Counted from the first letter of the stretch, positions 9,908 to 19,133 are shown. The stretch is DNA of 61,757 nt from Verrucomicrobiota bacterium (GCA_003402695.1 QQNC01000001.1:1-61757), one strand, 5' to 3'. The notes: a model not told the origin generated them from the letters alone. Numbers and translations are program-made.

Positions 9908-9930
9908 GGCGGGTCAAAGACCCGCCCTAC
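9908..9930. repeat. REP-like hairpin, family J, second copy
   Basis: ggcgggtcaaagacccgccctac is the reverse-orientation relative of 1546-1573. Confidence 0.65.
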
Positions 9931-9936
9931 CGGGAC

Positions 9937-10119
9937 TCACGCCCGGGTGTTCCGGCGGCCAAAGATGAAGTACAGGATCGAGCCGAGGAACGGCAGCAGG
10001 ATGATTACAACGATCCAACCGATTTTGTTGGGATGGTCGCTCTTGGCACAGTCGAAGATGGCTACGACCCACAGGATAAACCAAAGAGTGGAGAGGAAGT
10101 AGCCAAGACTGGTGTGCAT
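9937..10119 (-). CDS. Small PLD-nuclease-N-terminal (PLDc_N) membrane protein
   Basis: ORF 9937..10359, start set at ATG 10119. The 60-aa product has two TM helices: MHTSLGYFLSTLWFILWVVAIFDCAKSDHPNKIGWIVVIILLPFLGSILYFIFGRR. Confidence 0.6.
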   Translation of the reverse strand: MHTSLGYFLSTLWFILWVVAIFDCAKSDHPNKIGWIVVIILLPFLGSILYFIFGRRNTRA

Positions 10120-10213
10120 GCCTGCAATCGTGTTCCCCCAGCCGCGCTGGCTCCCAAGAAACGCGAGGTAGGGCTTGTCCTGCCCCCGTGTTCCGGGTCT
10201 CCTGTCGACTGGT

Positions 10214-12553
10214 ATGCGCCTTACCCCCATCAATAGCGCCGAAGCCGTCTTCGCGCCCTTTTTTGACGAACGCCTGGCCGAACTCCCGCGCTGGACCGCC
10301 GACGCCCCGGGCGCCCTCGGGCTCAAGCTTACCCAGAGCTGGGCCTTCGTCATCATCAATTGGGAGCGGCCGGCCGCCGACGGGCTCGTGCTCCGCCTCC
10401 ACCGGCGTTTCGACGCCCTCGATTGCGCCGCCTACGACCGGGTGCTCATCACGATCAACCTGCCCGAGGACAGTGTCATTTCCATCGCCGCCGAAACCGA
10501 CGCCGGCCCGCGCGCCCGCACCGGCACGCCGTGCGGCGCCACGCGTCACGAGGAATGGCTCGCGCTCGACGGCGCGAAGCGGATCGACGCGCTGACCGTG
10601 GAGGTGCGCAGTCCGCACCCTACCGCCGGCTCCGGCTGGCTGCTCTGGTTCGGCCTGCAGAGCACGGCGCGGCTCCCCTTCCACCTCGCCCAGTGGCAGG
10701 GCTACGACGAAAAATGGGACCAATATCTCCAGCCGCCGGAATTCGAGCCCACCTTCGAGCCGACCTACGGGCTGATGATCAACGCGGAGGAGCTCGCCGC
10801 GGTGCGGCGCGACTTCGCCGGCTCCGACGTCACACGCGAGCTGCGCACCGTCGCGAACATGGCGCAGAAGATCCGGCCCGAGAGTCTCATCCGCGAGAAC
10901 ATCAATTTCTGGAATTTCACCGGCTTCCGACGCGAGCGCGACATGGACGGCACGCTGACCATGCACCACGGTCCGTTCGCCGCCCAGGCCGGCGTGCTCT
11001 GGAAGGACAAGGCGCTGTGCCGCCTCGCCGCGCGGTTCGCGCTGAGCATCGTGCACTGCGACCACTGGGAGGACGTGTTTTTCGCCTGGATGCGCGGCGC
11101 CAACTGGGACCAGCGCGGCTTCGTGCAGTCCATCGGCGTGATTGATTGCGCCATCATTCTCGACCTGTGCGGCGAGTGGTTCACGCCGCTGGGCCGCAAC
11201 CTCATCTTGCGCCGCATCGCGACCGAGGGCCACGGCGCGATGTGCCATGCCTCGTGGTGGTGGGAGTACATGTACCACACCAACCAGATGGCCTGGATCA
11301 CGCCGGCCCGCATCTACGGCCTGCTGATCCTCGAGCAGACCATGCCCGCGTTCCACGAGAACTACCCGCGGCCTGCGGCATCGCGCGTGGCGCCGCACAC
11401 GGACATCGCCTGGGCCGATCTGCAGGACAACCTCAGCAAGGCCCTGCTGTCCGACGGAGGTTACGTCGAGGGCGCGACCTATTTCACCTGGGTCGCCCGG
11501 CAGGCGGCCCTGTCCGCCCTGCTTTACGGGCGCGGGCGCAACCGCGATGCGCGCCAGCTCGTCCCGCCCCAGCTGTTCAAGACGGACCGGCTGGCCGAGA
11601 TGCTGTATTCAACGGATGACGGCCAGGACATGCTGCTCACCGGCGACGCCTGCTATTGCACCGGCGAGAGCCTCGCCTTCCTCGCCTGGCTAATGCCGAC
11701 GTCGCACTGGGTCACGATTTACCGCAAGTCCCTCCGGCGCGCCGGCGCCGCCGCGATGCTCATGGCGCTGCGCCTCGACCGGGAAATTCCTGCGGCCGGT
11801 CCCGCGCTCGCGCCCTTCCTCGAGATGCCCGACCTCGGCTACATGGCCTCCGTGCGGAAATTAGGCCCCGAGCTCGTGAAGCTGTTCATCCTCGGCAACA
11901 AGGCCGGCGGTGACCACCAGCACGAGGACAAGGGCAGCTTCATCCTCGAGTGCGCGGGCGACAGCTTCGCCTTCGACTTTGGCGTCATGGACTACGCCAA
12001 TCCCGTCACCACCCTGATGAAACAGTGCCAGCGCCACAACATGCTCACGCCGTGGTGCGAGACGGAACGGCCCCGGCCGGATAACCCCCTCCGTACCGAC
12101 GTGAAACCCCGCGGCGCCGGCGACGCCCAAAAATTCCACGCCACGATGGATTGCACTCCCGGCTGGGAGGGCTGGTTCACGAAGTGGCAGCGGACCTGGG
12201 ATTCGCCCGCGCCCAACACGCTCGTCATCACGGACGAGTGGGCGATGGCGCAGGGCGAAGGCGCCCTCTTCCACTGGACCACCCGCCTGCCGATCCGGCT
12301 CGAGGGCCGCAAGGTCATCATCCCGGGCCGCCGCGCCCGCGCCGAGCTGCAATTGCCCGAGGGGGTCGAGGCCGTGATTGAGCAGCTCCCGCTGATGGAT
12401 CCGCGCCGCCGCGCGACCGACGAGCAACGGCGCGAAATGATCCAGTTCGGCTGGGCGCAAGCCGAGACCCAGCCCCGACTCACGCTGCGGCAGCGCGGCC
12501 AGTCCGGCACTTTGCGCGTCGTGGTGCAGCTGTTCCTGAATCCACCGCCATGA
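10214..12553 (+). CDS. Heparinase II/III-fold protein (polysaccharide lyase/epimerase-like), paralogue 1; no signal peptide
   Basis: Start is ATG 10214 (MRLTPINSAEAVF), which matches the N-terminus of the paralogue at 15246. The C-terminal GGDHQHEDKGSFILECAGDSFAFDFG...QRHNMLT resembles the Hepar_II_III (H-x-H-x-D...HNT) pattern. The middle region is Trp-rich, as in an alpha/alpha toroid. Confidence 0.7.
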   Translation: MRLTPINSAEAVFAPFFDERLAELPRWTADAPGALGLKLTQSWAFVIINWERPAADGLVLRLHRRFDALDCAAYDRVLITINLPEDSVISIAAETDAGPRARTGTPCGATRHEEWLALDGAKRIDALTVEVRSPHPTAGSGWLLWFGLQSTARLPFHLAQWQGYDEKWDQYLQPPEFEPTFEPTYGLMINAEELAAVRRDFAGSDVTRELRTVANMAQKIRPESLIRENINFWNFTGFRRERDMDGTLTMHHGPFAAQAGVLWKDKALCRLAARFALSIVHCDHWEDVFFAWMRGANWDQRGFVQSIGVIDCAIILDLCGEWFTPLGRNLILRRIATEGHGAMCHASWWWEYMYHTNQMAWITPARIYGLLILEQTMPAFHENYPRPAASRVAPHTDIAWADLQDNLSKALLSDGGYVEGATYFTWVARQAALSALLYGRGRNRDARQLVPPQLFKTDRLAEMLYSTDDGQDMLLTGDACYCTGESLAFLAWLMPTSHWVTIYRKSLRRAGAAAMLMALRLDREIPAAGPALAPFLEMPDLGYMASVRKLGPELVKLFILGNKAGGDHQHEDKGSFILECAGDSFAFDFGVMDYANPVTTLMKQCQRHNMLTPWCETERPRPDNPLRTDVKPRGAGDAQKFHATMDCTPGWEGWFTKWQRTWDSPAPNTLVITDEWAMAQGEGALFHWTTRLPIRLEGRKVIIPGRRARAELQLPEGVEAVIEQLPLMDPRRRATDEQRREMIQFGWAQAETQPRLTLRQRGQSGTLRVVVQLFLNPPP

Positions 12554-13365
12554 GCTTCGCCGCCCGCCGCCCGCTGTCCTGGCTCACCGCCGGCCTGCTG
12601 GCCGCGGGGGCGGCTTCGGCGACGGAAAAGACCCTCCCACCCTCGCTCACCGACGCGTGGCAGACGCTTTCCATCGGATTTTACTCCGACGCGAGCGACC
12701 AGTTCACCGCCACGGCCAAATCCCGTGAAACCTCGCTCGGCCGCGCCCTGGCCCAGCTCAACCGCCCGCCGGTCAGCCCCTCTTCGCTCGCGGAGGCCGA
12801 GCACCAGCTGGCGGAGCTGGCCGCCGGCACTGACATCACCAGCCACGCCGCGCGCTACTTCCTCGGCCGGTTGCGGCAGATCCACCCGATGAAACCGGAT
12901 CCCGCCGCTGCCGCGCAGGAATATGAGCACCTGATCGCGACGCGGGCGGATGACACCTGGTGCCGGCTCGCCTTGGTCAAACTCGCGATCCTGCGGCTCA
13001 CCGTCCTGCCCGCGGCCGGCTCCCTTCCCGCGCAACTCGCTGCGGTCGAGCCGTTGCTGGCCCACACCGCCGATCCCGCGACACAGCACGACCTGCACCT
13101 CGTCCTCGCCGAGGCCCGGCTGAATCACGAACTCTACGACGCCTCCACCCTCGGCCACCTGCGGGCGGCCCTCGCGACCACACGCGAGGCGGATACGATG
13201 CGCGCCGACCTGCTCATCCAGGTTGCGCGGCTGGCCAGCCTGCTCGGCGACCGCACGACGGCGAAGGAACACTACGAACGGTTTCTCCAGGACTACCCGA
13301 AGGAGCGCCGCGCCTTCACGGTCGGCGCGGCCCTGGCCCATCTCGACGGTCCCTTCCCGCCATGA
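12550..13365 (+). CDS. Secreted all-helical (TPR-like) protein
   Basis: 271 aa with signal peptide MSFAARRPLSWLTAGLLAAGAASA/TE and an Ala/Leu-rich helical repeat character. The start overlaps the upstream stop (ATGA at 12550-12553). Confidence 0.6.
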   Translation: MSFAARRPLSWLTAGLLAAGAASATEKTLPPSLTDAWQTLSIGFYSDASDQFTATAKSRETSLGRALAQLNRPPVSPSSLAEAEHQLAELAAGTDITSHAARYFLGRLRQIHPMKPDPAAAAQEYEHLIATRADDTWCRLALVKLAILRLTVLPAAGSLPAQLAAVEPLLAHTADPATQHDLHLVLAEARLNHELYDASTLGHLRAALATTREADTMRADLLIQVARLASLLGDRTTAKEHYERFLQDYPKERRAFTVGAALAHLDGPFPP

Positions 13366-14981
13366 ACCGCCGCCTGCATCTCCTGGTCGCCCTCGGTCTG
13401 CTCGGCGCCGCCTACCTGGCCTCGGTGTTTTATATCGTGCACCTGCGGCGGACGGCCACCAACCCCCATGGTCCGCCGCGGCTGGTGATCCGCTTCGCCC
13501 ACTGGCAGCTCGAGTCCGGCATGCGCGAGGCCTTCGACCTCATCGCCCACCGCTACATGGCGCTGCACCCGGATGTGCGCGTCGAGCAGTTCGCCGTGCC
13601 CGGCCGCGTCTACCGCCAGTGGCTCAGCACCCAGCTGGCCGCCGGCACGGTCCCGGACCTGGTCTGCTTCAACTCCACCGACCAGTCCGATGTCGCGCAG
13701 CTGCCGCGGAATTTCTCCGCCATCACGCGCTGGATGGACGAGCCCAACCCTTACAATGCCGGCACAAAACTCGCCGGCGTGCCGTGGCGCCTGACGTTTA
13801 TCGATGGCGGGCGGAACCGCGCCACGTACATCGACCAGTACCGCAACTATTACGCCGTCGGCCTGAGTTCGCACTCCATGCGGATTTTCTACAACAAGGA
13901 CCTGCTGCGTGAAATCACCGGCCGCGACGCTCCGCCCGCGGATTTCCGCAGCTGGCTGGAGCTCGGCCAAAAAGTCCGCACCCATCGCCCGGGGCTCATC
14001 CACGTGGCCGGCGCGCACGACAACACCATCTGGTTGATGCCGACCCTCATCAACCAGGCGATGGCCAAGTGGATCCTCACGGGCGACCACGAGCTGCGCT
14101 TCGCGACCACGGGGTTCGACCTGTTCGGCGACATGCTCGCGGGCCGCTGGGATCTGCGGAGTCCGCCGCTGCAAACCTCGCTGCGCATCATGCGCGCGTT
14201 CGGCGCGGAGATGACGCCGGGATTCCTCCAACTCGACCGCGACAGTGCCATGCGGGCATTCCTGCGCGGCGAGGCCCTGTCGCTGCCCAACGGCACCTGG
14301 GATTATCCCACGATGCGGGAAGCGGCCAAGTTCCAGATCGGCGCGTTCCGCCTGCCCCTGCCCGGCCCGGATGATGCCCAATACGGCGGCTATGCGCTGC
14401 TGCCGGTTTCCGACGGGGGCGCCGGGACCGCCTTGCCGCTCTACCTCGCCCGCCAAAGCCGCCACCCGGAGGCCGCCATCGATTTCCTGCGCTACGTGAC
14501 GAGCATGGAAGGCAACCGGCTCTTCTCGCAGGCCAGCCACTGCATGCCCTCGGTCGAGGGCGTGGCGATCGCGCCGGAGCTGCAGCCCTTCCAGCAGAAC
14601 AACCACGGCTACATCATCACGGACGTGCAAAACGGCCCCCAGCTGATCAACGGCCCCGGCGCGGCCTACACGCAACTCTTCGAGACCAACCTCCACGTGC
14701 TCTACGCCCCCGATGGCGGCGTGGAGGCCTACACCCGCGTACTCGAGCGCCAGATCCGCGAAATCGTGGCATCGGATCTGCGCAAGCAGATCCACATCCA
14801 GCGCGAGAACCTGCGCCGCCGCGACACCGCCCTCGCCGCCCTCTCCTTCCTCGGCCCCACCGAGCAGACCGAGAGCGTTCGCCAGCAATCCAGCCAGCAC
14901 CTCAACGAACTCCACCTGTATCTCATGGAAACCAAGCTCGACGCGGCGGCGAAACCGGGAGTTCCGGGATTGTCATTCTGA
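13362..14981 (+). CDS. Membrane-anchored extracellular solute-binding protein (SBP family 1-like), no adjacent permease/ATPase
   Basis: Start is ATG 13362 (ATGA overlap with the upstream stop), inside ORF 12960..14981. It has the N-terminal TM LHLLVALGLLGAAYLASVFYIV, then RLVIRFAHWQLESGMREAF..., typical of family-1 SBPs. Confidence 0.72.
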   Translation: MNRRLHLLVALGLLGAAYLASVFYIVHLRRTATNPHGPPRLVIRFAHWQLESGMREAFDLIAHRYMALHPDVRVEQFAVPGRVYRQWLSTQLAAGTVPDLVCFNSTDQSDVAQLPRNFSAITRWMDEPNPYNAGTKLAGVPWRLTFIDGGRNRATYIDQYRNYYAVGLSSHSMRIFYNKDLLREITGRDAPPADFRSWLELGQKVRTHRPGLIHVAGAHDNTIWLMPTLINQAMAKWILTGDHELRFATTGFDLFGDMLAGRWDLRSPPLQTSLRIMRAFGAEMTPGFLQLDRDSAMRAFLRGEALSLPNGTWDYPTMREAAKFQIGAFRLPLPGPDDAQYGGYALLPVSDGGAGTALPLYLARQSRHPEAAIDFLRYVTSMEGNRLFSQASHCMPSVEGVAIAPELQPFQQNNHGYIITDVQNGPQLINGPGAAYTQLFETNLHVLYAPDGGVEAYTRVLERQIREIVASDLRKQIHIQRENLRRRDTALAALSFLGPTEQTESVRQQSSQHLNELHLYLMETKLDAAAKPGVPGLSF

Positions 14982-15060
14982 ACGAAGTGAAGAATCCAGT
15001 TGGTTTACCTCGAAGCCCGCAGCGCACTCCCACTGGATTCTTCGCTCCGCTCAGAATGAC
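14972..15060. repeat. REP-like palindrome, family E (gtcattctgaacgaagtgaagaatccagt / actggattcttcgctccgctcagaatgac)
   Basis: 29-bp arms with a few mismatches and a 31-nt loop. The left arm contains the last codons and the TGA stop (14979-14981) of the solute-binding protein gene. Confidence 0.85.
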
Positions 15061-15078
15061 AAACGAGGAGACTTCCCG

Positions 15079-15104
15079 CCCATCACCCATCGCCCATCAC
15101 CACC
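15079..15104. repeat. Short tandem heptamer repeat (CCCATCR)n, intergenic copy
   Basis: cccatcacccatcgcccatcaccacc. The same motif lies inside ybeY at 61135-61170. Confidence 0.7.
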
Positions 15105-15245
15105 TGATGAACTCACGCCGAGACGCCGAGGGATCTGAATGGTTTTTCGGATCTGATCTTTACCCTCTCTTTGCAGGTTCTGCCTCCGTCTCTGCACCTC
15201 CCTGTCCCTGCGTGAAATTATTCTGACCCACCACCCGTTTTCCCC

Positions 15246-17588
15246 ATGAAACTGACCCCCATCAACAGCGCCGAGGCCGTCTTCGAGGCGTTCCACGACC
15301 CCCAGATCAGCGAACTCAGCCAGTGGTCCGTCACCGGCGAAGGCGTTCCCGGCTTCAAGTTCTGGCAGAACTGGATCTGGGTCCAGTGGGCCTGGGAAAA
15401 GCCCGCCCCCGACGGTCGCCTCGTGCGCTTTCACCGCACCTACGACCTCGACTGCTCCGCCTACGACCGCCTCATCTTCTGCACGGCCATGCCCGAAGGC
15501 GGGTATTTTGAAATTCGCGCCGAGACCGACGCCGGCCCGCGCACCCGCCGCGGCGAGCCCATGGGCGCCACCAAGCGCGAGGAATGGCTGCCGCTCGACG
15601 GCGCCCAGCGCATCACCGCGCTGACGATCGAGGCCCACTTTCCACCCGGTGGCGCTGGCAACGGCTGGATCTATTGGATGGCACTGCAGTGCACGGCCCG
15701 TTTGCCGGCGCACCTCGCGCAATGGGCCGGCTACGACGAGCGCTGGGAGAAATACCTGCAGCCCGAGAGCTTCGAGCCCACCTTCAAACCCACCCACGGG
15801 CTGCTGCTCACGGCCGCGGAACTCGACTCCGTCCGCGCCCGGTTCGCCGCCACCTCCATGGCCGACGCCATGCGCGACGCCGCCGCGGACGCCCGGGCCA
15901 TCCGCCCCGAGTCACTCATCGGGGAAAACGTTTATTTCTGGAATTCCAACTCCCTTCGCCGCGAGCGCGACCACGGCAAGGTCATCACCATCCACGGCGC
16001 CAACGCCGCCCAGGCCGGCATGCTGCTCAAGGACAAGGCCCTCTGCCGGCTCGCCGCACGCTTCGCCCTCAGCCTCGCGCACAGCGGCAAGTGGGACGAC
16101 TCCTTCATCTGCAACATGCCCGGCAGCACGTGGGAACAGCGCGGCTTCGTGCAGAGCGTCTGCGTATTCGAGACGGCCCTCATCCTCGACCTCTGCGGCG
16201 AGTGGTTCACCGAGGTCGGCCGCCAGCTCATCCTCCGCCGCATCGCCGAGGAGGGCATCGGCAACATGAACTTCGGCGTCTGGTGGTGGGAGTATATCTT
16301 CCATTGCAACCAGGTCGCGTGGTTCGCCCCCGGCCGCATCCTCGGCTACCTGCTGCTCGAGCAGACGATGCCCGCCCGCCACGAGAACTATCCCCGGCCC
16401 GTGCCCTCGCGGGTCGCCCCGTACACGGAACTCGCCGTCAACGACCTGCTCGAAAACCTCAACCGCTGCCTCCAGCCCGACGGCGGCTACGTCGAGGGCC
16501 CGACGTACTTCACGTGGGTCGCGCGCCAGGCCTTCGTGGCCTTGCACCTCTACGCCCGCGCCCGCGGCAAATCCCTGCAGGAACTCATGCCCGCGCAAAT
16601 GAAGAAGACCTCGCTGCTGGCCGAGATGCTCTACTCGACCAACGACGGGCAGGACGCGATATTGATCTGCGACGCGATGTACATCTTCCCCGAGGCGCTC
16701 GCCTACCTCGCGGCCTTCATGCCCGACAGCCACTGGGTCACGATGTATCACAAGCAGGTGAACCGCCCCGGCGCCGGCGCCGCGCCCTCGCTGCTCGCGA
16801 TGAGCCTCGCCGACACGATTCCCGCCCAAGGTCCGGCGCTGCGGGCGTTCGTGGACATGCCCGACACCGGCATGATGTGCTGCGTGCGCCAGCTGCAGCA
16901 GGAGACCGTGAAACTCTTCCTCATGGGCAACAAGGCCGGCGCCGGACACACGCACGAGGACAAGGGCAACTTCGTCCTCGAGTTCGCCGGCGACAGCTTT
17001 GCACTCGATTTCGGCGTGGTGGACTACAGCAATCCGCTCGTCGAGGAACTGAAGACCGCCCAGCGCCACAACATGCTCACGCCGTGGTCCGCCGGCCTGC
17101 GTCCACACCCGGTCAATCCCATCAAGTCCGACATCCGCGCCCAAGGCCGCGGCGACGCCACGTCGTTCCACGCCACGATGGATGCCACCGCCGGCTGGGA
17201 AGGCTGGTACAAAAAATGGGTTCGCACCTGGGACTCACCCACGCCCGACACGCTCGTCATCACCGATGAGTGGGCCGTGGAAAAAGGAGAAGGCGTGATC
17301 TTCCACTGGACGACCCCTCTCCCCATGCGCCGCGAAGGCGACAAGGTGATCATCGAGGGCCGCCGCGGCACCGTCGAAATCACTATTCCCACCGGCACCG
17401 AGGCCATCATCGAGCAGCTCCCGCTCATCAACGCCGGCCGCCGCGCGATAGACCAACAGCGCCGCGAAATCGTCCGCTTCGGCCTCGGCCATGCCGACAC
17501 CCAGCCCCGCCTCACCCTCCGCCAGCGCGGCACGAGCGGGACGCTGCGCGTCGCGGTGAAACTGCGCGTGAGAGCGAACCCCGCTTGA
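15246..17588 (+). CDS. Heparinase II/III-fold protein, paralogue 2; no signal peptide
   Basis: 780 aa, collinear with 10214..12553 over its full length (about 55-65% identity by eye). GAGHTHEDKGNFVLEFAGDSFALDFG...QRHNMLT. Confidence 0.7.
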   Translation: MKLTPINSAEAVFEAFHDPQISELSQWSVTGEGVPGFKFWQNWIWVQWAWEKPAPDGRLVRFHRTYDLDCSAYDRLIFCTAMPEGGYFEIRAETDAGPRTRRGEPMGATKREEWLPLDGAQRITALTIEAHFPPGGAGNGWIYWMALQCTARLPAHLAQWAGYDERWEKYLQPESFEPTFKPTHGLLLTAAELDSVRARFAATSMADAMRDAAADARAIRPESLIGENVYFWNSNSLRRERDHGKVITIHGANAAQAGMLLKDKALCRLAARFALSLAHSGKWDDSFICNMPGSTWEQRGFVQSVCVFETALILDLCGEWFTEVGRQLILRRIAEEGIGNMNFGVWWWEYIFHCNQVAWFAPGRILGYLLLEQTMPARHENYPRPVPSRVAPYTELAVNDLLENLNRCLQPDGGYVEGPTYFTWVARQAFVALHLYARARGKSLQELMPAQMKKTSLLAEMLYSTNDGQDAILICDAMYIFPEALAYLAAFMPDSHWVTMYHKQVNRPGAGAAPSLLAMSLADTIPAQGPALRAFVDMPDTGMMCCVRQLQQETVKLFLMGNKAGAGHTHEDKGNFVLEFAGDSFALDFGVVDYSNPLVEELKTAQRHNMLTPWSAGLRPHPVNPIKSDIRAQGRGDATSFHATMDATAGWEGWYKKWVRTWDSPTPDTLVITDEWAVEKGEGVIFHWTTPLPMRREGDKVIIEGRRGTVEITIPTGTEAIIEQLPLINAGRRAIDQQRREIVRFGLGHADTQPRLTLRQRGTSGTLRVAVKLRVRANPA

Positions 17589-17596
17589 TCCGGACA

Positions 17597-17635
17597 CAAA
17601 AAAGCCCCGGCCTTGCGGTCGGGGCTGAATTTTTG
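17597..17635. terminator. Bidirectional rho-independent terminator between convergent genes
   Basis: acaaaaaAGCCCCGgccttgcggtCGGGGCTgaattttt: a 7-bp GC stem flanked by an A-run and a T-run. It sits between the stop at 17588 (+) and the stop at 17647 (-). Confidence 0.6.
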
Positions 17636-17646
17636 CGACGCGGGCC

Positions 17647-18990
17647 TTAAGCCACGCGCTCGACGATGAGCGGCGGGGGCGTCGGGCGCTTCGGCGCGAG
17701 ACGGTAGGCGTTCTTGAAGTGGTCGAGCGCCTGCTCGAGCTTCGCCTCGTCGTTGTAATGAATCATCATGAGCGGCTCGCCCTGCTTCACCTGCGTGCCG
17801 ACCTTCTTGATCTCGGAAACGCCGACGGAGTAGTCGAGCTTGTCATGCGGGTTCTCCCGGCCGGCGCCGAGCAGGTGCACGCCGCGCGCGATCATCGCCG
17901 CGTTGATGGTGTGCACGTAGCCGCGCTTCGGGGCCGGGAGCTTGCGAATGTGTTTCGCCACCGGGAACTTGTCCGGGTGGTCGATGAAGGTGGTGTCGCC
18001 GCCCTGCGCCTTCACGAGGTCCTTGAACTTCGCGAGGGCCGAGCCATCGGTCAGGTGACGCTGCACGGTCTGCTTGGCCGAGAGGGTCGAGCCCGCAACG
18101 CCGGCAAGACGGACAATCTCCATGCCGAGCTTCAGCACGAGTTCCTTCATATCCTCAGGGCCACCGCCTTGGAGGAGCGCAATGGCTTCCTTGACCTCGA
18201 GCGCGGTGCCGACGGTGTCACCGAGCGGCTGGTTCATGTCCGTCACGAGCGCGACGCAGCGGCGCTTCATGGAGCGGCCGACGCGGGTCATGGAGCGGGC
18301 GAGCTGCTTGGCCTGCTCGAGATCCTTGATGAAGGAGCCGTTGCCCCACTTCACGTCGATCACGAGACCCTCGGAGCCCTCGGCGAGCTTCTTGGAAAGC
18401 ACGGAGCCGGTGATGAGCGGGAGGCTGGGGATGGTGCCGGTTTCCTTGCGGAGGGCGTAGAACTTGGCGTCCGCCGGAGCCAGGGCCTCGCTCTGGGCGA
18501 CGATCGCGCCGCCGATGCGGGCAAGCTGGGACGTGAACTGCTCGATGGTCTGGTGGCTCTTGAAACCGTGGAAGCAGCCGAGCTTGTCGAGGGTGTTGAT
18601 GACGTAGTCGTGCTCGACGCCGCACATCATCGGGACCACGACACCGCTGGCCATGGCCAGAGGCACGAGGACGAGCGACGTTTTATCGCCGACGCCGCCG
18701 GTGGAATACTTGTCGATCTTCGGCTTCGCGATATGCGAAAGGTCGATGACCTCGCCGGAAAGCATCATTTCCTCGGTCAAGTCAGCCGTTTCCTGGGCCG
18801 ACATGTTGGAAAAGTAGATGGCCATCATCAGGGCCGACAGCTGGTGCTGGGGCATTTCGCCATCCAGCGTGCTATCAATGATATAGCGAATCTCCTCCTG
18901 GGTAAACTCACCGCCGTCGCGCTTCTTTTCGATCAGAAACTCAAAGGTAGGTTTAACGAACCGGCGGGTGGGAATATTGCGTTTGCTCAT
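17647..18990 (-). CDS. Thymidine/pyrimidine-nucleoside phosphorylase family protein with divergent phosphate-binding loop
   Basis: ORF 17647..19227, start set at ATG 18990 (MSKRNIPTRRFVKPTFEFLIEKKRDGGEF). It is collinear with E. coli DeoA: DKYSTGGVGDK, LAPADAKFYALR, PLITGSVLSKKLAEG. The loop SGRGLGHTGGT is replaced by CGVEHDYVINT. Confidence 0.8.
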   Translation of the reverse strand: MSKRNIPTRRFVKPTFEFLIEKKRDGGEFTQEEIRYIIDSTLDGEMPQHQLSALMMAIYFSNMSAQETADLTEEMMLSGEVIDLSHIAKPKIDKYSTGGVGDKTSLVLVPLAMASGVVVPMMCGVEHDYVINTLDKLGCFHGFKSHQTIEQFTSQLARIGGAIVAQSEALAPADAKFYALRKETGTIPSLPLITGSVLSKKLAEGSEGLVIDVKWGNGSFIKDLEQAKQLARSMTRVGRSMKRRCVALVTDMNQPLGDTVGTALEVKEAIALLQGGGPEDMKELVLKLGMEIVRLAGVAGSTLSAKQTVQRHLTDGSALAKFKDLVKAQGGDTTFIDHPDKFPVAKHIRKLPAPKRGYVHTINAAMIARGVHLLGAGRENPHDKLDYSVGVSEIKKVGTQVKQGEPLMMIHYNDEAKLEQALDHFKNAYRLAPKRPTPPPLIVERVA

Positions 18991-19133
18991 GAAGGTAAGG
19001 AGTTTGCCATGGGTGGGGACCGCGGCGCGGAAAAGTTTGCCATCACACCTGCCCCCGGGAATTTGTCGAGCCAAAATTGCCCCGGTCGGCAGGCCTCGCG
19101 AAGGCCAATAGGAGAGCTGGGACCAAGCTTTTA

